Notes under the pieces: generated by a model
What the model was told of the DNA's origin: nothing
The model's database searches: none
Seen by the model: only the letters and a program-made list of their open reading frames with translations
Shown: piece after piece, positions 1 to 10,600 of the stretch
Position numbering within the stretch: position 1 is the stretch's first letter
Layout of the letters: the number at the start of each line of letters is the position of its first letter
Made by a program: the position numbers and the translations under genes
Assembly (NCBI GenBank): GCA_040954595.2
Contig: CM082588.2
Coordinates: 8,974,844 to 9,038,843, forward strand
DNA from: Balanoglossus misakiensis
Taxonomy: Eukaryota; Animalia; Hemichordata
Length of the DNA stretch: 64,000 nucleotides
Direction: 5' to 3'

Positions 1-893
1 ACCTTTGACCTACTTTCGCATATCTCAGCATCTGGAGAAGATACAGCCTTGGCATTTGGCAGGATGGGACCAAAATCTAATGCCAAATTTTTGGGTCACC
101 TGTGACACCTGCTGACTTCATTAAATATGCACATACCTAATTACAGGCAAACCAATAGAGCTATAGTTTTGGTTTTTGTTAGACATGGACCAGTATGGGT
201 CAAAAACAATTTAATGAAATTTGGGTGACCTCAGGTGACCTTTGACCTACTGTACTCTATATCAGCAGCAAAGACACATACGTCATGAGATAAAACACCA
301 GATAGAGCATTCTGTTTCTTCTCATTCGTACTGTACATATATAATTCCGCTTGCGGCTTTAATTCTTTCTTTATTCTTCTGTCAATTCTTCGGCCAACTA
401 GATCTCTGAAACTACTGCAGGTACACTTCTCAAACTTTCAACAGTGGTCAAGGTCAATCCATATTGGATTTTCTGAAAATATAAATGAAATTTTGCGAAG
501 AATGAAGGGGTGGGAGGGGGAGGAAATAGTAAAATGAAGGACTCGAAACTGCAATTTCGTGGAGTCAAAAGCAAAAGTTGGGGGGGGGGGGGGCAAAAGT
601 ATGTTTTTATTTGATGTGTGTGAGTTAGGGAAGTAAACGTTTCGAAAAAAAAGATGCCCCACCTTTTGGATTTCAAAATTTATGGAATGGTTTCTTGTGC
701 GCATGTTTTTTAGTGTGGCCACTGTGATTAACCATCCATGTCCCCTTAAGCATGTGGTTTTGGGGGATTACCTGCAAAGTCGTCATGTCTGATACGAGCC
801 AATTATTCATCCGGGTACCTGGAGCATTGTTCGTGGTCAAACGGTCAACTAGGTTGTAAATTACAGTCGCGCGAGGGCGCTTCATACCTCCAC

Positions 894-1604
894 GGCCGAG
901 TTCGATTGTGACCCGAGTAGCGACCCGAGTAGCTGGCGCTGACGTCATTCTAGTTAGCATGCGCAGAAGCGTAACCCGGGAGATTTCAAACGAACGACGT
1001 CTACTTGCAACTCGCGTAAACATGGCGACTGAGTTCGAAGATTTCTTGGTTTTGCGTAATTTTTTGAGGATTTTGATGAATCTTTAGATTCTGCGGCAGT
1101 TTTGCAACTTCGCATAAATACTGCCATCATTGCCTCTCTGAGCTGTTTTTTTTTTTGCGCCGTTTATTTTTTGCGCCGAAAATACGTTCCGAAGATAAAA
1201 AAAATTTGCCTAAGATATCAAGAAATTTCACAAAACCGTACATACTCTATAAAAAAAAAATCTGATCCAGCGATCGTCGCCTGATTTCAAAAATATCCGA
1301 AATACGTATACCCTGTACTGTAAAAATTATGAAAATTGCTTTAAAATTAGTGCAATGACATCGTTTACCGCGTTTTACCCCGAAAATAGCAAAAAAAAAC
1401 CTAATACTTATGTTTACGTACGGTTGCCCTGTCGTCATTTTGTCGAGTTCCAACCCCAGCAACCCTGCTCCTGACGCGAAACAGGCCCGGGTTAAGTTCA
1501 AAGGTCATATGACGTAATTTGCGTCATCAGCGTAGCAACTCGGAGTCGTTCGATTGCAACGCGCGCGACTCGGGTCGCTACTCGGGTCGCAATCGAACTC
1601 GGCC
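894..1604. mobile_element. MITE with ~37-bp TIRs
   Basis: GGCCGAGTTCGATTGTGACCCGAGTAGCGACCCGAGT (894-930) is inverted at 1568-1604 with one mismatch. Confidence 0.8.
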
Positions 1605-1860
1605 CACTAGGTTGTGAAGTATAGTCGCGTGAGGGCGCTTCATACCTCCACCCCGGTAATACCAGACTGGTCGTTTTTTTTTCGGCTGGGGGTGGGGGAT
1701 GGTGGTGGTTCCATTTCGTGGATATCAAAATGTGACTGACCCTACCTCATTGATCATGGAAAAGTGGATGACCCCCCCCCCCCGTACTCTCAATTCCAAA
1801 ACAGGGCGACCGCCATGATTCCATCGCCCTCCCCGCGCCAAAGAAACTGGCCAGTCCCTA

Positions 1861-3244
1861 ATACACCCTAATATGCGAACGCGCAAGGTTTCATGGGAAA
1901 TCGCTGAGCGGAAGTGCGGAAAATGACCAGACGACACGGAAGAGGCAGATTTTTGCGTGCAAATCGTCAACATACGAAGGGGCATATGGTTTTTAAGTAA
2001 AACGATACCAAGTACTCGTTGATACTCTCACTGGTGAGTACCCTCATCTATGTTTTTAGACTGAAATATTTTATATCAGAAAGTTATCGTAGTTTTTCAT
2101 GTGCTTTAGCGGCGAGCGATCGGGTCCGCAATGTTGACACTGGCCCGAACCCCTTGCGGGAACACTGAAAATCAGTTTGTTTCGTGTTTGCGGAAATATT
2201 TCGGTGAAATATACTTAGGCTGCATTCACAAACACCTCTGGAGGGGGGGGGGGGCGGGAGAATTCAATTTTTTTTTACCGTTAATTTTCACATGCCCCCC
2301 TCAACAACCCGAAATATGTTCAAATCCCCCCCTTCCGAACTGCTAAAATTTTCAAATCCCCCCCCCCCCCATTTTCTTTCACACAGCAAAACACATCACC
2401 TATCTATCTTGTAAAACAGAAAAACAGCGCTCCCATGAAAAGAATTTGAAACTGATGTTTCCCCTCATCAGTGGGTATTAAAACTGAACATTGTTTTTAT
2501 TTTTTAAGTATCTGTATTCTGTGTTGGGAGACATTGTAAACCAAGAATTGAAGGGGGTGGGTTTGGGAGGGGGTGTCCCCCTCCCACGTAAGAAAATTTT
2601 ATAAAATACAGAGCTCAAAGCTGCATTTTAATGAACCTGGCAAAAGCAAATTAACTCAACTACCGGTATGTTGGGGAGGACAAATTTAACCGTCGCCGCT
2701 CAAAGTTATCATGGGGTGGGGGCAAGTCCCCTGACCTGGGACACTAGATAAACCAGTAAATGTTTGAAAGGTGTTGATAAATGGAGGGGGTTAGAAAATT
2801 TTGTAAAATAAAGGGCGCGAAACTGCATTTTTGTGGACTCAAAATAAATATTTAGTCGTCAAAGTTTTCAAGTCCCCCCCTTTCAGTCCCTAAATTATTT
2901 CAAATCCCCCCCCCTTACATACCCTCAATTTTTTTCAAATCCCCCCCCTCAATTCTCCTGCCCCCCCCTCCAGAGGTGTTTGTGAATGCAGCCTTAAGGA
3001 CATTTTTTCTGAAGCGTCTATGTTCCTCTGGTGCCATCAGAAAAATTACAACGTCCACGAGAATGTGAAGCCGACGTCGCACTGCGAGACTACAGGCTGC
3101 GCGGACGACCGGGCGCTGCTCTCTTGGTGGCCGGGGACCTGTACGTTCGCGTCGCGTTGTCTCATACCGTCGTCTGGTCATTTTAGGCACTTCCGCGATT
3201 TCCCATGAAACCTCGCGCGTTAGCGAGATTCGCATTGGGTGTAT
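1861..3244. mobile_element. Degenerate MITE (outer element) interrupted by a nested MITE
   Basis: ATACACCC...GGTTTCATGGGAAATCGC...CGGAAGTGC...AAAATGACCAGACGAC at 1861-1935 is inverted at ~3169-3244. Confidence 0.65.
2218..2993. mobile_element. PIF/Harbinger (Tourist-like) MITE
   Basis: TIR GGCTGCATTCACAAACACCTCTGGAGGGGGGG; TTA on both flanks. Confidence 0.85.
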
Positions 3245-4549
3245 ACCTTGGTGTATACAGTCTAAGCATTGTCGTCGGTTCTTGCCCGTTCTTAAAGTTG
3301 TAGATTTGTTTCATTGGAATGATTCTGAAATATTTACGATAAATCTTACTTGGCTCAGTACAACAAAATCAATAAAGTGAAAGCCACGAACATGAAATAG
3401 ATTGCGAACAGCATACGGTATCCCACTCTGTCACCATGGATACAAAACATGAGGATTGCTTTTCCGAATCTGAGTATAATGCAATGCTGAATGCGATGGG
3501 ATTGGACCGATAAGGCCAAAATAAAAAAAATATGTGCTGTTCCGATTACCCGACCTACCCTAATTTTAACCCGCCGACCCTAAACTTTTTAGAGTTTCGT
3601 AAACCCGGAAGTAAAAATAACGATGTCAGATATACAAAATATCATGAAATTTGCGCGAAATACGACGAAATCGCGCGCATCACGCAAGAACTATGATGCC
3701 ATTCTTCTACACTACGGCGACCAGAGAAATAAAAATGAATTCGGAACAAGTTTTTTAAATGTATTTTTATTATGAAATAATGAAGCCCGTAGACTTGGAG
3801 CAAGTCTACTTTAAAACTAGAAAGTTTAATGTCCTGTAACTATACATTCGATGTTCATCACTAGGCAGTAAAAATCATAATATTACAGTATCATTTATTG
3901 TATCTATTAGGCAATAAAATTTCTACGCCATCGCCGCTTGACTCCGACACGTAAATGTACTCTGTAATTTTGTGTAAACACCAATGTCACTTTCGGTTCA
4001 AGGGACCACAATGTATTACGTAATCAGACTGAAGGTCAAAATAAGGGTGTTTGAAGGCGTTACACTCAGCGTCCTCAGTACCAGGATCGCCTTCTGAATT
4101 CTTCCTACCGTACATGCCATACAGCGGAGTTCTATATTCAATCTCAACATTACAAAGCATTGGGGCGAGAACTTGTATCGCATAAGAAAAGTACACCAAA
4201 AAAGGAAAATAAGCAACAAAATTTGGTTTTTAGCTATATTGTGATACTAAGCCAAATAGTTTATTAGTCACAGAATGGCACATCATGTACCGTCTACATC
4301 GTTATCAAATATCTTCGTGTAACAGTAAGAATCTCTTATTTATTTATTTTATTTATTTACTTATAAAGCATTCTAAAAGAAGAGAAGAAAAAAATGTAAG
4401 TCACAGAGAGCACATTTCTACTACAATGCTTAAAATGACAATTTAATAATTAGGTAGTTACCAGATGTACACTTATTTCTGAATGTAAACTTTTCAATTG
4501 CAATATATCTTCAAAAGAGTTAGTGTAAAGTTACATAACAGTTGAATAA

Positions 4550-7500
4550 CAGTCGAAGGCATCTTCAGAATTAACCCCGTTCATAAGCCTAGCGCCCTCA
4601 GGCAGCCATCCTGAATTGCACTCAAAGCGAGGCCATTGGAGAAACCCTCTTGATGAGGTAACAACTCACGAAACGGGTGAATCGGCAGACACATACACAA
4701 TATGTGTGGATAGTGTAAATAGTGTAAATAGTATTTATTCATCAAATCAGAGTCAAGACAGAAGATGTGAAACTGTAAATAATTTACTTTGTATATGCAC
4801 CAATGCAAGAAGTTTGATCAACAAACTGGAAGACTTGGAATCTATGGCTGCAGAAATAAATCCAGATATATTTGCAGTAACTGAGTCCTGGGCAAATGAA
4901 AGTTATTCTGATGCTGAGCTAACTCTCCAAGGTTATAATATGTTGAGGAAAGACAGAACAAATAGACGGGGAGGGGGAGTAATTTTGTATATAAAGAACA
5001 AGTACACTGTCTTACCAAGAGACGATTTGTCCAATTTTGGCTTCCAAGAAAGTATATGGGGCGAGATAATGTGTGGTGATGGAGATAGCTTACTTGTTGG
5101 AGTATGTTATCGTATCCCGAACTCTGATAGCAGTAACAACGCTGAACTCGTGAGACTATTAAATGCTGCAAGTACACAGCGTGTTCTGTGTATGGGTGAT
5201 TTTAATTATCCGTCCATAGACTGGCAGAGGCAATCTGCAGGAACTAAAGATAGCCAGGAGTTTCTGGATGCTGTACAAGATTGTTTTTACACACAACATG
5301 TACTATTGCCTACAAGAGGAAAGTCTATTCTTGACTTAGTGTTTACTACAGAGCCACAGATGATAGATGATGTTGAAGTCAGGGAACATCTTGGGAACAG
5401 TGACCACTTAACTCTTGTTTGGAACACAACTGTAAACATACCTATTAAAGTTAAAGCGAGTCACACGCTAAATTATAATAGGGCAGACTACAAAGGAATG
5501 AAGGAACATTTAAAGCACATAAATTGGGAAGAAACTTTCAGGGAAATCAACGTAGAGCAATGCTGGGATAAACTGATAAATGTTATCAATGAAACTGTGA
5601 CTAAATTTACACCCCAGCAGTATAAGAAGAAAAGAAATCAACCATTGTGGATTAACAAGAAGGTACTAAAGAAAATTAGGAAGAAATATAATGCTTGGAA
5701 AAGATATACACAATCAAAAGACTATAGTGACTTTGTTAGTTACAAGCATGCACAGAGAGAAACGTGTCAAGAAATCCGTACAGCAAAACGACTCTTTGAA
5801 AAGGAACTTTGTAAGAATATTAAGAAGGATCCAAAAAGCTACTATGCCTACATAAGGAAGAAACAGAAAACTAGGGACACAGTTGGACCACTGAAGGATG
5901 ATTCCGGTGAAACAGTAGTTACAGATAAGGCTATGGCTGAGTTACTAAATAACTTCTTTGCATCTGTGTTCACAAGGGAGGATCTAAGCAATATTCCACA
6001 ACCTGAACAGATAATTAGTGACACTGACAAATTTCTATCAGATATCATAGTAACACAAGAAGATGTACTCAAGCTACTGAGAAAGTTAAATCCCATTAAA
6101 ACGCCAGGGCCAGATAATATTCATCCAAAGGTACTGAGAGAACTGGCAGAAGAGCTAGCTTGGCCAATCACAGTCATTTTCAATGCAACACTACAACAAG
6201 GAACAGTTCCAGAAGTATGGAAGAAAGCCAACGTCACACCAATATACAAAAAAGGGCCCAAGTGCAAAACTGGAAACTACAGACCTGTAAGTCTAACCTC
6301 AATCCTGTGTAAGCTACTTGAGACACTAATTAGGAATGCCATTGTGGACCACTTGGAGACAAACAAACTGATAAAGGATAGTCAGCATGGTTTCAGGAAA
6401 GGGTTATCTTGTGTGACAAATCTACTGGTGTTCTTCGAATATGTTACTAAATCTGTGGATGAGGGAAACCCAGTCGACATAGCCTACCTGGATTTCAGTA
6501 AAGCTTTTGACAAGGTCCCACACACCAGGTTGGTGGCTAAACTAGAAGCTCATGGCATCGTCGGTAAAATTAAGTCATGGATACAGAATTGGTTAGATGG
6601 AAGAGCACAGCGAACAGTATTAAATGGTTCAGCATCTATGTGGTCTACAGTTACAAGTGGTGTCCCACAGGGGTCCGTGCTCGGTCCCATCTTATTCCTG
6701 ATTTATATTAATGACATTGACGATGCTGTAAAGTCAGTGATCCTTAAGTTTGCTGATGACACTAAACTTGGCAGAATTGTTAGGAATCAGGAGGACAAGG
6801 AGAAATTCCAGAAAGATCTTGACAACCTTGAAGCTTGGTCGGAGGAATGGCAGATGTCATTTAATGTTGACAAATGTAAGGTAATGCATGTGGGATCAAC
6901 AAATCCATCATTTAACTACACCATGAATAATAAAGCACTCACTCCAGTTGAAGAGGAAAAGGATCTGGGGGTGCTTATTCATAATTCCATGAAGACAAGT
7001 CGACACTGTGCTGAAGCAGTAAAGAAAGCAAATAGAGCCCTTGGAGTTATTAAAAGGAATATAAAGTACAAGACAAAGTTCAATATTATGCAACTATACA
7101 AGTCACTGGTTAGACCCCACATTGAATATGCTGTACAATACTGGAACCCACACTATACTAAGGATGTTGAATTAGTCGAAAAAGTACAACGAAGAGCAAC
7201 AAAACTGATACCAGAGCTTAGCCATCTCAGTTATGAATCCAGGTTAAAAGAACTTAAACTGACAACTTTAGAAGAAAGAAGAACAAGAGGGGACTTGATA
7301 CAAGTATTCAGGATTGTGAAAGGAATAGATAGAGTTTCCCCAGACGTACTGTTCACATTCAGTCAACATCACAGGACAAGGGGGCACTCACTTAAATTAG
7401 CAAAATCATGCTTTCGCCTGGACTGCAGGAAATTCTTCTTCACCCAACGGATTATAGCTGAATGGAACAAACTACCTACACATATTGTTGATGCTAAAAC

Positions 7501-7629
7501 TGTTCTGGACTTCAAAATAAGACTTGACAGCTACAAAGGACAATGAGGGATTATATAAGCCAAAAGGCTTCCTTCCCTGACTGGCCATGATTTAAATCAT
7601 GGCAATCAAGATAAATCAAGATAAATCAA
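4550..7629 (+). mobile_element. CR1-clade LINE, 5'-truncated (ORF1 essentially absent), intact ORF2 and 3' end
   Basis: EN+RT ORF, then a short 3'UTR with a perfect 20-nt palindrome GCCATGATTTAAATCATGGC (7584-7603) and a tandem tail AATCAAGATA x2 + AATCAA (7604-7629), as expected for CR1 3' ends. The 5' boundary is approximate. Confidence 0.9.
4616..7546 (+). CDS. CR1 ORF2: APE-type endonuclease + reverse transcriptase
   Basis: 976-aa uninterrupted ORF. EN motifs TNARS, VTESW, GDFNYP, LDLVF, SDH; RT motifs PGPDNI, NYRPVSLTS, QHGF, YLDFSKAFDKV, GVPQGSVLGP, FADD; CR1-type C-terminus (EKDLGV, VRPHIEY, TRGH). The ORF-track start is TTG, not ATG. Confidence 0.95.
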   Translation: MHSKRGHWRNPLDEVTTHETGESADTYTICVDSVNSVNSIYSSNQSQDRRCETVNNLLCICTNARSLINKLEDLESMAAEINPDIFAVTESWANESYSDAELTLQGYNMLRKDRTNRRGGGVILYIKNKYTVLPRDDLSNFGFQESIWGEIMCGDGDSLLVGVCYRIPNSDSSNNAELVRLLNAASTQRVLCMGDFNYPSIDWQRQSAGTKDSQEFLDAVQDCFYTQHVLLPTRGKSILDLVFTTEPQMIDDVEVREHLGNSDHLTLVWNTTVNIPIKVKASHTLNYNRADYKGMKEHLKHINWEETFREINVEQCWDKLINVINETVTKFTPQQYKKKRNQPLWINKKVLKKIRKKYNAWKRYTQSKDYSDFVSYKHAQRETCQEIRTAKRLFEKELCKNIKKDPKSYYAYIRKKQKTRDTVGPLKDDSGETVVTDKAMAELLNNFFASVFTREDLSNIPQPEQIISDTDKFLSDIIVTQEDVLKLLRKLNPIKTPGPDNIHPKVLRELAEELAWPITVIFNATLQQGTVPEVWKKANVTPIYKKGPKCKTGNYRPVSLTSILCKLLETLIRNAIVDHLETNKLIKDSQHGFRKGLSCVTNLLVFFEYVTKSVDEGNPVDIAYLDFSKAFDKVPHTRLVAKLEAHGIVGKIKSWIQNWLDGRAQRTVLNGSASMWSTVTSGVPQGSVLGPILFLIYINDIDDAVKSVILKFADDTKLGRIVRNQEDKEKFQKDLDNLEAWSEEWQMSFNVDKCKVMHVGSTNPSFNYTMNNKALTPVEEEKDLGVLIHNSMKTSRHCAEAVKKANRALGVIKRNIKYKTKFNIMQLYKSLVRPHIEYAVQYWNPHYTKDVELVEKVQRRATKLIPELSHLSYESRLKELKLTTLEERRTRGDLIQVFRIVKGIDRVSPDVLFTFSQHHRTRGHSLKLAKSCFRLDCRKFFFTQRIIAEWNKLPTHIVDAKTVLDFKIRLDSYKGQ

Positions 7630-7645
7630 ACTATGTGTATAGCTT

Positions 7646-10600
7646 CTATTTCTTTGAGAGTTGGTCTCCAAGAGCCAGAAGGACACGCCTAGCTACAGCT
7701 GGGGAGTCCAGCTGAAACTGCTCTGCTAATCCTACGTCCATTCGAGCTGACCGGACAGCTTCTTTCAATGCAAGGAACGCAGAATTTGCCAGTACAACTG
7801 CTTGTTCACCAATACCCTTTTGAAAATAATCAAATGTATAATCACTAACATTTTATGATAATCAGGATCTCTCAATAGGTTATATTGAGATGCACCATGA
7901 TTGAAACCAGAGTGAAATTCTTTTCTCAACAGAATGAAGACATTGCAAGTACAATGCCAGCTTCGCCTATACCCTTTTGAAAATAAATAAAGATGTAAAT
8001 AAGTAAATAAATGATCGAAGCGCCTTTAAAGGGCAATTTTCAATCCCTGGTGCTCGCATTAGCTCTTGTTGACATTTAATGTTTATGTGGTGAAAACATT
8101 TTGTTTTCCATTGAAATCTTAATCAAGTTAATCTGTTAGTGTTTAGATAAAGCTTTAATGTGCCCAAATAAAAAAACTAAAAAGAATTTATAAAATTTTC
8201 CTGTTAATAATTGGACACGTGGAGAATGTACGTTTTCCAGTAGGATCATTCAACGAAACATTTCTGTTTATGAGTATGTCGCCGGCACTTTTAAGTTGGT
8301 GGAGACCTAAACAACGAACACGGTGGGCCTAAAAGGCGCGGCAGGGAGCTGCCTACCTTTCAATATATAAAACCTTACCTTTGATGAATAGATGTTGTCT
8401 GGATTCTCTGCATTCTTCAACAGTTCCACGTTAAACTCTCTGGGTATGTCATACACACGCGGTAATCGATACATGCCAGGTCCACTGTTGATGAGCTCTC
8501 CCTTGTCTGACCACATCATATCTTCCCTCATGAAAAGGCCGTAACCTTGCATGAAACCACCTTCGACCTGTCATCAAAGCAATGTGATATTGATAGGGTG
8601 TAACTGAACATGTAAATAATTCTGTGACAAAAAAGTTTAGCGTGCATTATTTGCCTCTTGTTACAACTAAGAGGCAACAGGAATCTTAAATGTGTAGCAA
8701 GGTAAAACTAAAACAACGATTATAGACAGATAATCGGATTTATAGACATGCAATTGTATTTTATTTTATTTTACATGTACTGTATTATATTCATACTTTG
8801 GTAATTTATTGTAATTTCAGCTGTAGACCGCCCTCTACGGGAGTAGGATTACATACAATTGTGCCTTAGAGGGGGGGGGATCGCATAATCGATCTGCCTC
8901 TTGCCTATTTCTCCTACAACTCAGCAGACAACGTTTGGTTTTTAAGGCAAGTCCTTTTACGTCTTAGGTAGCAAGGTAAAACTAAAAGTTTATAAAGAAA
9001 CGTGACAGCAATAACCACACCTGTCCAATGTCAATTGCAGGATTGATACTCCTGCCGGCGTCCATGACGATATCTACCCGAAGCAGTCTGTGTTCTCCTG
9101 TCAAACAATCCAGTTCCACCTCGGAGCACGCTGCGCCAAACGTGAAATACTTGGCGGGGTTCCCTTTCATCGTAGCATAGTCAAAGTTGGTTTCTTGGTG
9201 ACTGTATCATATCAGCAAAGGGAGACGGTGACGTAAGGTTATGTCGAAACTTGAGCAACTCATATACGGGAAAAAATCATATTTTTAAGCTGTACAAACT
9301 TGCATTTTAAGTTGTACTCTTGTAAAAGACATATTTCACTTACTTTGTTGGTATAAACTTTGTTGGAAAAGGCTAGAACAATTGTAAACAGAAAGTATTC
9401 ATAACACATTCGGGTGATCAGTATTAATTATGATGATGTCGATAAAAAGTGCAAACTATTTTATCAAGTTTATGAAAAAGTAAACGAATTAAACTTGATA
9501 TTTTTGTGAACAATAAAACATCGAATATCAAGAAAAGCGAGAAACGGCCTTAATGAAGTTTTTTTAGTTTTCACTTACCAGAAATGGCCAACAGCTGATA
9601 GGTTAACACCATCCATGTATGCATCCTGCGTCTAATGTAATTAAGATTAAAGCATGTGTCATGTTGACTAAACTTGATTTTCGCATATATTACCCGGTTC
9701 AGACAGGAAAAAAAATGAGACACTATTTGCATATATGGTAAAGACAGAGCATTAATCCTTTGAGTCGTGTTGTGTCCACACACACAAAGTTTGTGTATAG
9801 GTGCTGAGGCTCTGTCCCATAGACAATGGGTTGCGGAGAGGTGTTAATCCTTACACTGGCTCAGGTCTGGCCGGCAAACCTGTCTCCAATCTTAAACGTT
9901 TCAGGACCACTTACACTGTCCACACACGATTTTAAAGACGGTTTCTAATCTGAGCCGCTTCAGAACCATCTTAATAGAGCCTGTGTGACCCCCATATAAA
10001 CTTGATTTTCGCAGATATATTGTAGATACACCCTGAATTGAAGATAACCCCCAATTTTGCTGATTATCACGTTTGCTTGCACGAAATTGAATTCAAGTTC
10101 CGAAAAGTAAAATGATCTAGTTGTGTCTCTATTGGGCATTCTAGTACGGAGGGAAGTTAACTTAATACAAGGCATAGTGTGAGGTAGCTTCCTGGTTGGG
10201 GTCATTCTATAAATTACCCACAAAAGTGGAAAAAACAAGGACAAAATGAAACTGACCCATTCTTTCCATGTTGATCCAGGTTTGGCATCCTTGTATGGTT
10301 TTAACCTTCCGTTGATCTCTTGACATGCACGCTAGTGTGAAAACAACAGAGCACGTTTGTTCTACTTGTCATTTTCCCACTAAGGTGGTTATCCTTAACA
10401 ACCGTTTTTGAATTTATATGAAATAATAACATTGATTAACCGCCACATTTTTATCCAAACACATGCATACAAAGAATACTGCAGTGTGTTGTGTATACCT
10501 TCATCTCTAATGCATTAAAGGTATACAGTCACCTCCAATTTACATACGCCCATATATGGCTGAAATGGTGAATTTGAGGGTTCTAAGGAACATATGGTGG

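Noticed and set aside
1-260. Repeated TGACCTTTGACC motifs as nuclear-receptor response elements
   Set aside because: They look like part of a degenerate repeat cut by the window edge; no linked promoter evidence.
3987-4219. Short minus-strand ORFs as further oxidase exons or a separate gene
   Set aside because: The oxidase already terminates at 7646 and no homology is recognisable; probably displaced 3'UTR or intergenic DNA.
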